Below, piece by piece: positions 28,431-40,396 of a DNA stretch of 64,000 nucleotides (position 1 is its first letter; every line of letters begins with the position of its first letter). Below the pieces are notes generated by a model, which saw only the letters and a list, made by a program, of their open reading frames with translations, ran no database searches and was not told the origin of the DNA. Made by a program: the position numbers and the translations under genes. The stretch spans positions 8,808,908 to 8,872,907 of the forward strand of contig CM119263.1 in assembly GCA_051294375.1 (NCBI GenBank), read 5' to 3'. The DNA is from Paraspadella gotoi (Eukaryota; Animalia; Chaetognatha).

Positions 28431-31400
28431 CTAGAGTAAATAAAGTTCGCTCAAAGGCATCTTTACTTGTTTCGGATGTATTCTCAGTTTGAGTCGATCG
28501 CAAATCGAGTTGCAATCGTGATACGAAAAGAATCTCTCAATTCCAGCCGTGGAAAGATTGGTCATTCGGTAGGCTGATTCGTCCGTGCAATGGACGGCGA
28601 CCTCGGCGACGTCAATAGTTTGACTCTCAACGTACGCTTTTAGGATCTCGACCAAAAGAAAACCGTCGGTGATATGGTGAGTCCAGTGAGAAAAAGCTGT
28701 CAGGGTTTCGTCTGAATGACAGTCCGATCCGCACGCAATGTCGTGACCACCAGGTGACACAAGATAAAAGGCGTCTTTTTCTTCCAAACAATTTTTTGTT
28801 CGGAAAAACATTTTTTTCTCGGACGCATTCTTGGCATTAAAGATATTTCCCAATAAATTTGAGGTGCTCATTGATTCAAGTAGACTGAATATCATTTCTT
28901 TTTCGTTTAGATGGTCCCGCTTACGAAGGCGTTTTATTGTAAATATTTCGTCTTTGTGGTAAGCTTTATATACCATCCACACATTGTCTCCGGATATCCG
29001 TCTATCGACTTCTAAATGTATGTTCTCCTTTAGATTAATAGTTTTAACATCGTCGCGCGTGAGGGAGCATTGTTCAACCAATGGTATAATTGAACATAAT
29101 TTGTAGTAGTGTATTACCCCAGACAATGTTCTATAATTTCTACTTGAGCCACAAACTTCTTTTTTGAAAGTTTCTCCTTCCTGAGCTTTGAGAAACATTT
29201 TCAACAAAATGCAAATTGTTGGAACTACGTTATCCTTGTTGAGTTTCAGTGATAAAAATAAAGGAAATGGATTAATCCAACCTGTTTCAGAGGTAAAAAG
29301 TACTTGATGAGGCTCGATGCCGTTACAAATGATCTCAAAATCTGTTTTTCTATCCATAAAAAGTTGTACGTCGTCAACAAGGAAAAATAATATTCGATAG
29401 TAATCCTTCATCCAAGTCAGCCCGTTTATTTTTTCAAATAAGCTTTTAAAATTAGTGGTAAGATAATCGTGATGTTTTTGCCATCCGATGTCGAATCTTA
29501 TGTCGTTGAAATCGACAGAACTTGCCGCGTCGTAGCCATTTCCAAAAACGAATGAAAATTCCAATTTCAATTTCGTAAATGATTGGATTAAATAATGTTT
29601 CATTGATTCAAAATTTTGAGCAATCTTTTGAAATACCTTTTCAGAAGATTCTGTGAGTAGATTCGTTGCGAAACAGATCTGGACTCGGTGACAGGCGTTT
29701 ATCTTTGTCAATAATCGACAAATCCTTTGTTGAGGGTTAACATCGATGTCTTGCTCAATTTCTTTCATCGATTTTTCTTCTCTATCTCCAGTTTCTTTTT
29801 TCTCCGCGATTGTTATGCCCCCTTTTTTTTTCAGGTCAGAGATATCAGTTCTTTCATGAGGTAACACTTTAAGTTTTAATCTCAACTTTTCGTAATCTGC
29901 CTTTTTGATTCTGAGTATATCTATTTGCGGGTTTTCAACCTTTAAGCGTTCCATTTCCGTTTCTATTGTCAACTGCTCCTGGTTAGCATTTCTTATTTTT
30001 GACTTTCTGATTTCAATATTGTTTAGCTTAAATTTCTTCAATTCTTTGTTTTCTAATTTAAACTTATTCAGTTCCTCGCGTTGCAATGTGAGTCTTTCCA
30101 AGTCTTTTTCTTTTTTTAATTTCAATTCTTCACTTAAATTCTTCAGTTCGGAATTTTTCTTTTCCAGCCTTTCGTTTTCCTGCCTCAGCTTTTCTAATTC
30201 TGCATTCGCAACCCGCAGCTTCTCCCACATCTCATTTTCAAGTTTTAACCTTTCAAGTTCTAAATTTTCCAATCTTGTTTGTTGTAAGATCACATTTTTC
30301 AGGATATTTTTATTTAATTCTTCATTGTCCATTTTCTCGTTCTTCAGTTCTTCATTCTCTGCTCTCAAATGTTCCACTTCATCATTTTTTCGTTTTATCT
30401 CTCGCAATAACTCGTTTTCCATATTTAACCGATATTCTTCTTTCACTTTCATTTTTCGATCGTTTGCTTTCTTGAACGACGCAAAGTCGACAGTCGAACT
30501 TCGCGCGTCGAAATTCCTCGCCACGCCCAACTTATTGTCGTCATCTTCCTCGATCTCTTCAAAGGTTTTGAGCCGAGGCGGACAGATGTCGAACTTCTCA
30601 TCGGCGTCGCCAATCTCCACGCCAACGACGCCGTCTCCAACTTCTTTCAACTTCCCCCAATCTATTATCTTCGATACTTCGATTCTTCTCGTTTCCAACT
30701 CATCGCTGTGGGATCTCTGTGGGACACTTTTCCCTTTTTTGTCGTTCTTTCCTTTATTCTTTCGAGGGCGCCGCTTTCCGACGCCCTCCCGACGCCGCCA
30801 TCGGGAGTGGTCAGAGTCTTCGGATTCCGGCGTCGACTCCGCGGAGCTGAATGCGAGTATTGGTGAGGATTATGATTTTGGTTCACTTGATTTACTTCAC
30901 AGCAAACCCCCGCCACTCCCCCCAATAATTACATTTTACATTGATTGTACACAATTTCATAAGAATCACCTGTCGTTCGAATCCGTCGACTCCTCTTCCT
31001 CCATCGACTTCTCACGCTCATGTTTGAGTTTGGTCAACTCCTCTTTCAACTCCTTCTTTAACTCCTTCCTCAACTCATCTCTCAACTTCTTCTTCGACGC
31101 TTCCTTTGTTTTGAAAGACCCTCTTTCATTTTTGTCTGTATCCACCTTTTCATTTTTCTTGGCTAACTTATCCGACGTGACCTGGAGATCGGCGATATGA
31201 CCGTCGTCGTCGTCGTCCTCGTCGTCGCCGCAATCGTGACCGTCTTTGTTGTTATTGTCGCCAAGGTCTTTGTCATCTTCCTTGTCCTTACTTTCGAGTT
31301 GTTCAATTTTCTCATCTTTGTCACTGCAGAGAGAGCCATAGTTTCTATTACTAATGTCCTTATTTTCGTTCTTTTTAAGATTTTCATTATCTTTATTTTT

Positions 31401-31715
31401 CATCTCATCGATATTAACGCCGTCGCTGTCATCGTCGTGGTTGTCATAATAGTTGACGCCGCAGTTGTGGTCGTCGTCGTCGTTATTGTCGTCTTCATTT
31501 TTGCCGCAATTGTGAGATATCAACAGTTCCGGTGATTCTTCAAAAATTTGAGTCAAACAGTAGTCGTCGCTATCATTTTCTATTTCGTCGTTATTGTCGT
31601 CGTCGTCTTTGTCGCCATCGTCTTCTTCTTCGTCGTCTGTTAATTTTGATCGCGACGCGACGTCGGTCGTCCCCTTCTTATTGTTTTTTATTTCATCGCT
31701 TATTAAATTTTCCAT
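28431..31715 (-). CDS. Acidic/coiled-coil + vWA-like + alpha-kinase (eEF2K/MHCK/vwkA-type) protein, probable pseudokinase, 2 exons, 1053 aa
   Basis: Exon 1 is 31715-30970 and exon 2 is 30846-28431. The intron 30969-30847 (AG|GTGATT...CATTCAG|C, phase 2) joins the two track ORFs in frame (3162 nt). The C-terminus AFSHWT...LLV...NL...GIERFFSYHDCNSICDRLKL is the alpha-kinase signature with its Zn ligands. VQICFAT / LEFSFV..GYD / LTW..YYRILFFLVD resemble vwkA-type vWA strands. Confidence 0.85.
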
Positions 31716-32828
31716 GTCGTTAAATATCTCTTTCAGAAAATTTTGAAAATACGCATTTTACGTAATTCAGAGCTGTTTTCAAGGATATAAGGAAATAAAA
31801 AGAAACGTGGAATTTATTTGACGTTTGTAAATTCTGAATATCGATCTTTATTTAGATTTTAAAATCAAGAAAGCGAATTGATTAAAACCGGTTTTTGAAT
31901 TCGATCCTAGTTGTTCCAAGTTGAATCGTCTCGACTTTGGACTCGGAAATGAACAATTCTGAGAAATGTTGCTGAAAAAAGTTGAACACTTGAATTTCGG
32001 GTATTAAAAGTTTAATTTGTCAAAATTTCTGTCTGATTTTGCACGTATTTCGTATTTACTTTTGTTCTTTAGAAAAACTGATCAATTGAAATCAGCAAAA
32101 TAACACTTATTTAACTAAATAACCATCAATGTCAATATTATTTAATACCAAAGGTACCATTATTTTTTCAAAGGAGCTTAAAGTTTTTCTTAGTTTTCAA
32201 TGACAAATAAAATAAATAAAATAAAATAAAATTGAACAAATGAAACCAAAAAAAAAGAATTAAAACGATTAAAGTGGGCAGATTTTTAAAAATCAAGATT
32301 GATCTTATTATAATACAAGGGATACAGCGTAACAAACGCCACAAAGGCCGAGGGATAAGAAAACCCCCGACAGGAGGTGATAAAAGAAAAAGGAGGGAAA
32401 ACAAAAGGGAAGCAACGAAGTAAATGTTTAAAGAGAAACCGGATACTTTAAGATTAAAGAAGAGCCAAGATTCTAGCGGTCGTCGTCGTCGTCGTCGTCG
32501 TTGTCGTCGTTGCTTTTAATTGGAGGCAGGAAGGATTGATGGTTAAGAAGAAGAAGCCAGATATGTTTTTATGATAAAGTTGTCGTTGTTACGGCCATCT
32601 TTCTTGTGGTTAAAGTCGACTCCATTGTCGTCGTTGTTGTGTTTTATTAGAAACGAGAGGGATGAGTTGACAGGAGAAGCGGATGACCTAGAGTCTTGAA
32701 GCCCGTCGAAGACAACAAACGACGACGACGACGACGACAAAGATGACGTCAAAGTGAAGAACCAGAAACTGTGAAGCAAAAAAAAAGAATACTTGTGAAG
32801 GCGTAAGAAGGAAAAATTGATGAAAATT

Positions 32829-32915
<87 letters not shown>

Positions 32916-33867
32916 CAAGGATGTTGGGTGTTTGGAATAAAACGACGCGCCTAAAAATAAAAAAAATATAAAAAGTTAAGTCGTCGATATTAAAAGCAGA
33001 CGAGGTAATTCTGATGTGTGATGTTTCCGACAAACGGAAGTGAACTCGTGACCTTTGCCTTAGATTGAACATATTCACGGACGAGAGCATTGTGGAATTC
33101 GTGGTCGTTGTTGTTTCGACGTCGTTGTCTTCTTCTCTTACGGACAAAAAAATTTAAAAAAAGAATTGGTGCTTTCGATACAAAGTTTATTAATATTACA
33201 TTACTCATTAGTATTCATTCAAACGTCTCGTTTAGCAAATCGGTGAAATAAACTCCTTTCGTTTATAATTAAATGTCAACGTTTAATCGACTTTAGTTGT
33301 TCGACAATTTTCGACGTCTTTTGGCTACATATTTGTTTTAAATTGGAATTACATCGAAAGTTAAATACAATCCGTTTTTTCGACCCCTGATTTTCTTCCT
33401 TCATAATGACAAATTCGACGTTTGGAACAGATTTTTCGGTTAAAATATCCAATTAAGCGCTTGATAGGAAAAGATAATCCATTTTTAACTCGTAAAATTT
33501 AATTGATTCACTTTTTCAAGTCCTCTTCCATCTCGCGATTAACCCTAATTTTTATCGTCGCCTTTTTCACCCGATTTTTTCAGACCTCGACCTTCGCTCA
33601 CCTCTGATGCTCCACCTTTCCGACGCGACTCCTATAAACCAAATTCGACGTTGCCTTTTCTCCGCTCCGCTTCGCTCCGCCTCGGCATTCTCTATCGTTC
33701 GTTTGCTCCAGCTTTTCCCCGCTCCTAAACTTGTTTTCTCAACGTACCTTTTTCGCACTCGTAATGCCGCCATCTTTGTCCCAATCTCCCACTTACATTC
33801 ACGCTTATACGACTTTCAGTCTCCTTATCCTCTGATTTTCAGTTTCCTTGCTCTTCCTTCCTCTTAT

Positions 33868-34040
33868 CTTTTCTCCTTTCCTCCACCTTCCTCTCTATAT
33901 TCTTTCCTCCTTTCCTCCACCTTCCTCTTCCTTCCTTTCATCTTTTCTCCTTGCCTCCACCTTCCTTTCTATCTTCTTTCCTCCTTTCCTCCACCTTCCT
34001 TTCTATCTTCTTTCCTCCTTTCCTCCACCTTCCTCTTCTC
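33868..34040. repeat. Pyrimidine-rich minisatellite with core TCCTTTCCTCCACCTTCCT, about 5 copies, 30-40 bp period
   Basis: The core recurs at ~33874, 33908, 33950, 33981 and 34015. Confidence 0.75.
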
Positions 34041-35537
34041 CCTCCTCCAAATCTCCCTCTTCACGAAATCCTTCACCTTTGCTCAGGAGACGCGAAAGGA
34101 TGGGGAGGATGAGGAGGAGGAGGATGAGGAAGAGGGAGAGCAGGAGATGGAGAAAAAAGTTACCAATGCAGAGAGAAAAGCGTTAGTTGTGGAGAAGTTG
34201 TTGTTGTTGTAGCCATCGTTGTGAGAGTCAGGTCAATGTACATATAAGTTGTAATCGTTGAAAACGCTGTGACCGTTTTTCGATGTTATTAACGATGCCA
34301 GGGATTCTGTCACTGTGGCCATATTTTTTCGTTTGTATGTATAAATTGTGTATGGTATAGTAACCCCCAATCTTTACAATCCGGTTTTTGTCAGGATTCT
34401 GTACTCTCAATCTTTTTCTGGGTTTTTCGCATATTCCGCGCTCACGTTTTTTTTTCTTCACAAAATCGTGAGAGTTACGTGAGGTGAGTTCGTGAGAGTG
34501 GTGAACACCCAAGGAGAAAATATTGAGTTGGTTAGAGCAAAGGGTGCCATCGTCGCAATGATGCACACCGGAGGGAGTTTGCGAAATTTACGCAGTGAAA
34601 TGTTGAATTGTGAAAACGTTTGCGTGATTGGTGTAAAGTGAAAGTGCTCTAAAAAATCATTTCTAATATGTTATATTTTTGAAGTGTATATAATTGTAAA
34701 TTTATTTTTTCTTGAAACTGAGTTGAGGAAAATGTTTTTATTTAGACTAAATTTTAGTGTCGGGTTGCGTTTCGCAGGGCTGCATAGTCGAGTCGTGATA
34801 AGAGCTCGAGGCGAGAATAAAAAAAAAGTGTTGTGGCCAGTAACCACTGTACCAAAGTAAGAATTATTTCCGAGAAAAGGGAGTTGGGCAAAGTTTTTCA
34901 GTTGGTTTCACGCAGCGGCGCTGGAGACTCCGAGCGAAGCCGACGAGTCGTGTTTACCCGGAAAAGCGGAGAACGTTTTGGCTTCGATGGAATTCCGCTT
35001 ACATCGACGACGCGCGGTCAAGAAACAGTTTTTTGTGTTGATATCACGAGAGAGATTGAATTCGGCGCGTGGCTGAGATTGGCTCTTGGAAAAATGGCTT
35101 GCCTGAAATTGGCTTCTGATCTGAAGGGGGGGGGGTAGACTTGGATGTTAAGATTGCGGTCACGAACGTTCTCGAGTTTACAACTCAAATCGGAGAGGCC
35201 TTCAGGGAAAAAATGTCGCTCAACTGAAAAATGTTATGAAAGAATTAAACAAAAGTTTTACTTAAAAGGCATGGTCAGTTAAACTAGTATAACTAGTATA
35301 ACTAGTATAACGTACTTCTTTTACATAATAGACGACTGATCTATAGCTCCCAGAAGTATTGAAGCCAACCACCCAAACAACAGGGAAAAAAATTATTGAT
35401 CCCTTTCTCATTGCCTGTCTGTAACAAACGCGTCTTTCTGGAAACGATTTGCGCTCGCGATTGATAAAGTCATCGTCGTCGTCGTAGTTCTCGTCGTTGT
35501 CATCATCGTCGTCGTCGTCGTCGTCATGGTTCTTCGA

Positions 35538-36328
35538 TTTTATTAGTCGGATCTGCTTATCAGCAGATCCCGGACTCTATAATTCACTTTGTCGGTCCGT
35601 CGGTCCGCCCCCCTCAATATTGTCGGGCAGTCACTTATATCATGTCAGAACATCGAATTATGATAAATTATGCAAAAAAAACGATGTCCCGTCCGTTGTC
35701 CGTTCCGTTCCGTCCGTCCTCCGTCCGTCCGTCGTCCGTTCCGTCCGTCCGTCCGTCCGTCCGTCCGTCCGTCCGTCCGTCCGTCCGTCCGTCCGTCCGT
35801 CCGTCCGTCCGTCCGTCGTCGTCCGTCCGTCCGTCCGTCCGTCGTCCGTCCGTCCTCCGTCCGTCCGTCCCACCTTAGCAAAAAACACCAAATTAATCGT
35901 GATGGAATCGTCGCGAGTGGAAATGAGTTTAAATGGAAAAAAAAATATATGTCACTATTTGAACACCAATTACTCAAGATGTGGATGGGGCGATTGACTT
36001 GAAATTTTGTATTTGGGTAGGAAAGTGTGTGATTGAGCTGGAAATCAAGTTTCGATGAATCGTTTGAGTGGAAATGAGTTTAAATGGAAAAAAACAAAAA
36101 AACCTGTTTCACTAATTGATTATGCTTCTTTTTTCTTTTATATTAAATGTAAATGAAGGATGTATTAATAAATCAAATAATTAATCAGTTAATTAATCAA
36201 TTAGTCAATTAATTAATCAATAATTAATTAATTAGTCAATCAATCCGTCCTTCCGTCCAATCTTAGCAAAAAGCTCCAATAACTCGTGATTGGCTGGTTG
36301 GATTGGAATGAAATTTTGTGTGTGGTAG
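35538..36328 (+). mobile_element. Non-autonomous Helentron/HINE (DINE-1-like) element with a (CCGT)n microsatellite, truncated by the hAT insertion
   Basis: T-run, then hairpin AGTC-GGATCTGC-ttatca-GCAGATCC-cg-GACT, then CTATAA...TGTCGGTCCGTCGGTCC. (CCGT)n at 35690-35870. Internal repeats with GAAATTTTG cores. The same end motif occurs at 1912-1940, 5325-5352 and 41638-41680. The family assignment is from architecture only. Confidence 0.55.
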
Positions 36329-36946
36329 CAGGGTTGTGGAGCCGCCCTTCCTTAGCCTCGGCTTCGGCTCCGGCTCCAACTCCGGCAAAAATTATATTTC
36401 GGCTCCAGCTCGGCTCCGGCTCCCTAAAAAATTTTGGGCCGGCTCCAGCTCCGGCTCCGGCTCCATTGAAAATTTTACCAAGGCTCCGGCTTCCGGCTCC
36501 GGCTCCGGCTCCAAATGATATTTGCCATAACGTTATTCAGATAGGTTTTACATAAATTTAATTCTTATATTCATTTATTAATTATTAAATATTTATTAAT
36601 TGGTATTTTTTATATTTCATAATTTATTAAGATTACTAGGATATGAAATTAAATATTTTACAATCTAGTTTTAAGTTACAATACAATCTAGTTTTAGGCT
36701 TCTAAACTTCCGAAAAGGAATAAATAATTTTTAAGCAATAATTAAGGATTATTAATAAAATCATAGATATATCTGTAAGAAATAAAATTTCATATTTATT
36801 TTATAGTTAGCTTATATATATATATTATTGACCTAACTATAATTGTAAGAAAGGAAAAAAAATGAAAATTCTTTCTAGAATTTTTATATTTCAAAAGAAG
36901 TTAATCATTATAAAGATAACACTTCAAGATTATTACTATAAGAATG

Positions 36947-37940
36947 AGGCTGACCTGATTGACACCTCGAATATACTAGATTCCAGCTAATGAGATTAAT
37001 AAAAAGATAGGCTGACTTTTTGTTACCTTAAATATACAGTGTCCAGCTAATAAAGAAAAAAAATAAAAGAGAGGCTGACCTGATTGTCACCTCGAATATA
37101 CCAGGGTCCAGCTAATGAATTTAAAAAAAGAGGCTGACCTGATTGTCACTTCAAATATACCAGCATCCAGCTAATGAATTATAAAAAAAGAAAGGCTGAC
37201 CTGATTGTCACTAGATATACCAGCGTCCAGCTAATGAATTAAAAAAAGAAAGGCTGACCTGATTGTCACCTAGATATACCAGCCTCCAGCTAATGAATTA
37301 AAAAAAGAAAGCTGACCTGATTGTCACCTCAAATATACCAGCGTCCAGCTAATGAAATAAAAAAGAGAGGCTGACCTGATTGTCACCTTGAATATACCAG
37401 CGTCCAGCTAATGAAATAAAAAAAAAAAGGCTGACCTGATTGTCACCTCGAATATACCAGTGTCCAGCTAATGAAATAAAAAAAGAGAGGCTGACCTGAT
37501 TGTCACCTCGAATATACCAGCGTCCAGCTAATGAAATAAAAAAAGAGAGGCTGACCTGATTGTCACCTCGATATACCAGCTTCAGCTAATGAATTGAAAA
37601 AAAAAAGGCTGACCTGATTGTCACCTCGATATACCAGCGTCCAGCTAATGAATTAAAAAAAAGAAAGGCTGACCTGATTGTCACTATGATATACCAGTGT
37701 CCAGCTAATGAAATAAAAAAAGAGAGGCTGACCTGATTGTCACCTCGAATATACCAGCGTCCAGCTAATGAAATTTTAAAAAGAGGCTGACCTGATTGTC
37801 ATCGAATATACCAGCGTCCAGCTAATGAAATAAAAAAGAGAGGCTGGACTTGAATTGTCACCTCGATTATACCAGCGTCCAGCTAATGAAAAAAAAAGAA
37901 AGCTGACCTGATTGTCACCTCGATATACCAGCGTCCAGCA
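36947..37940. repeat. Tandem array of 17 copies of a ~58-62 bp unit inside the hAT element
   Basis: Consensus AGGCTGACCTGATTGTCACCTCGAATATACCAGCGTCCAGCTAATGAAATAAAAAAAGAG. Units start near 36947, 37009, 37072, 37131, 37193, 37251, 37310, 37368, 37428, 37488, 37548, 37606, 37666, 37725, 37784, 37841 and 37901. Confidence 0.95.
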
Positions 37941-38056
37941 TGTTAATAAAAAAAATTGAAAGAAAAGCTCAGAACAAAATGATTGTCACAACAGCAAAAA
38001 TAGGCTGGCCTAAATGTTACAAAACTGAAATGATTAATAATAAAATCATTGAGTAT

Positions 38057-40072
38057 TTAGGCTGTAACATTATATCCATTCATACGAAGAAAGACTAAAG
38101 CATTGATTAAATCGCTTTTCATTTGTGATCGATGAGATGGTGTCAAATGTTTAAGAGCACTAAACAATCTTTCAACAGACACTTGAGTTGTAGGCATAGC
38201 ACCCAGTGTTTGTTGCGCCTTTAGAAGAAGCTGGCTGATTGGATCATCATCGACATCTTGTTTTGTTGCAGAATTAATCGCTGCCCAAAGATGAGGAGCT
38301 TTAACCCTCGGCTGTGTTCCAACCCTATCAATAAGTTCAGATAGACTTTGAATAAAATTAGTCCGACTGGGTCTTCGATTTGGTGATGTTCTCACTCCTT
38401 GATCCAATGTTTTCAAATACATCTCAAACGGATCTTCTTCTTGTTCTTTCTCTTGCAAACTATGTTTATCACTTTCAGTGGTATATAATTCCCCTGTCTC
38501 CTCTTCATTTGTCTCAATGGCTTCACCAAGCTCAAAGTAGCGAATTTTTGAAGCTAAATCAATGATCACTTGTTTGGCTGAAGGTCGTTGGGCATCAGTT
38601 AGAATGACAGAATATCGTGGATCAGCAAAAATAGCACCAACAAACATAGGATTTTGCATTAAAAGTCCTTCCCTTCTTTCCATACTTGATAAGATTTCTT
38701 TTGCTAAAGGATGGGGAGATGAATCATTGTCAAGTCTGGTTAATCCAATTGATAGCTTAACATTATTCCAAAGATGAAGGAAATCGCCAGGTGTTAGTGT
38801 TTCAGACTGCATCTTTATGGTGGCCTTCATTGGAGTTATTAAAATTGAATGTAAAGACTGTAGACTTTTCCATTGATTTTCTGTGAAGGATAACTCCGTA
38901 TTAACTTCTCCTATTTCCTGGATTGATTCTTTTAGCAGCAACATTCGCTCTAGCATTTGGTAGGTAGACCCCCATCGTGTAACTTGATCAATAATTGGGG
39001 TTTTTTTTCCTTTCTTTTTCAGTATAGCCAAAATGTTTTGTGTTCTTAAACTTCGTACAATGTGTCGGATTTTTCTCAACAAGTTTTCACAGCTTGGTTT
39101 TTTCAACCCATCATTAATAGCAAGCTGAAGCATATGGACTCCACAGCGCATATGATGTATATTTGTGATTGCAGAAACACCAAGCGCTTCCTCGGAATTT
39201 TGGTGAAGATCTAATTCTTGTTCTAATTGCTGATGATCTTCTTCTGTAACATCTTCATCGTCATCATCTTGATTCATATTGAGTATTTCAACGCATTTGG
39301 TCATATTTGCAGCATTGTCTACAGTTAAGCATAAAACTTGTTCTTTTTTCACTCCAAATTTTGTAAGAACTATTTCAATTTGCTCTGCAATATCTGCAGC
39401 TTTGGAGTGGCCTGTTGCCTCTACTACTCCTAAAGTTTGTATAATAACTTTATTTTCTTTAAAATCATAATATTGGCAAGAAACTGCCATGAAATGCCCA
39501 AGGTTTCTTGTAGCGCCATCAGCCATGAGATAAAGTACTTGATCTTTTAATCTTTCTTTCAACTCCAATTCCATTTTTTCTGCAGCGTCTAAAATATAAT
39601 GGCGAATTGCCCCACGATCCACACTAATGCCAAGAGCTTTTGCGAGATCACCTGAAGCTACTCTGAATGAAGCTGAAGAAAAAATCGAAAGTGGAGCTCC
39701 CTCGGCACACATTAAAACCATAGCCTTTTTCACTTCTTGATCATTAGCTTTAACAGTTACTTTATTTTTAGCCTTAAAATATTCTGTTATCACTGGCAGA
39801 CAACTGGTACTGGTAGATGCAGTTGAAGATTCAGTTTGAGAACTACTGGCATTGTCATCTTCAGCTTTGACGACTTTAAACTCATTAACATGTTTTCGCT
39901 CCAGGTGTCGCTTTAAATTAAAGGTTGCTGTTGAACCCTTTTTGGTATCAGCTATGACAGTCCCACAAATGTGTTGTTCATTGTCATCTTCATCTGTAAT
40001 AAGGCATTTATAGCCTTCAGGAGTTAGTTCAAAATAGTCATAAACTTTTCGTTTTCTTGATTGACGGTTCAT
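38057..40072 (-). CDS. hAT transposase (BED zinc finger, DDE core, hATC dimerisation domain), 671 aa, apparently intact
   Basis: BED finger YKC...C...NLKRHLERKH. Catalytic MADG, TVDNAANM and VSVERLFS. CxxH motif (RCGVHML) and TRWGST. Confidence 0.95.
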   Translation of the reverse strand: MNRQSRKRKVYDYFELTPEGYKCLITDEDDNEQHICGTVIADTKKGSTATFNLKRHLERKHVNEFKVVKAEDDNASSSQTESSTASTSTSCLPVITEYFKAKNKVTVKANDQEVKKAMVLMCAEGAPLSIFSSASFRVASGDLAKALGISVDRGAIRHYILDAAEKMELELKERLKDQVLYLMADGATRNLGHFMAVSCQYYDFKENKVIIQTLGVVEATGHSKAADIAEQIEIVLTKFGVKKEQVLCLTVDNAANMTKCVEILNMNQDDDDEDVTEEDHQQLEQELDLHQNSEEALGVSAITNIHHMRCGVHMLQLAINDGLKKPSCENLLRKIRHIVRSLRTQNILAILKKKGKKTPIIDQVTRWGSTYQMLERMLLLKESIQEIGEVNTELSFTENQWKSLQSLHSILITPMKATIKMQSETLTPGDFLHLWNNVKLSIGLTRLDNDSSPHPLAKEILSSMERREGLLMQNPMFVGAIFADPRYSVILTDAQRPSAKQVIIDLASKIRYFELGEAIETNEEETGELYTTESDKHSLQEKEQEEDPFEMYLKTLDQGVRTSPNRRPSRTNFIQSLSELIDRVGTQPRVKAPHLWAAINSATKQDVDDDPISQLLLKAQQTLGAMPTTQVSVERLFSALKHLTPSHRSQMKSDLINALVFLRMNGYNVTA

Positions 40073-40396
40073 GTTAATGTATGTGTTGAAAAAAAAGTAA
40101 ATTCAAATCTGTTAAAAAAAAATAAACATTTTTTTATATCTATTATGATGACATTATGATTAATTTTCTTTCATTAAATCTAAATTAGAAACAGAAAACC
40201 AATTTTTTTGTTTGTTTACAAACAACGATTTTTTATATACATTAAAATTATATACATTTTTCACTTCGAGTTTTGAGGCTTCCTCAGCACTAAGTAGAAC
40301 GTCAAACAAGTTTAACCCAACAAAGTTGGATTATATTAGCTTAAATTCATAGCAAGATTTAAATCAAGGAAATTGTTAGTGTTTTTGTAGGGGTAT

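Noticed and set aside
29905-31200. 431-aa + strand ORF
   Set aside because: Ser/Phe-rich antisense shadow of the coiled-coil gene on the - strand.
33607-34566. 201-aa and 112-aa ORFs
   Set aside because: Built mostly from a pyrimidine minisatellite and a (GAG)n tract. No recognisable domain or consistent splice structure.
35497-36555. PSVR-, TDGR- and APAP-repeat ORFs
   Set aside because: Translations of the (CCGT)n microsatellite and the (GGCTCC)n hAT subterminal repeats.
36947-37940. CRISPR array
   Set aside because: The linkers are short, similar A-runs rather than unique spacers. There are no cas genes and the context is a eukaryotic transposon.
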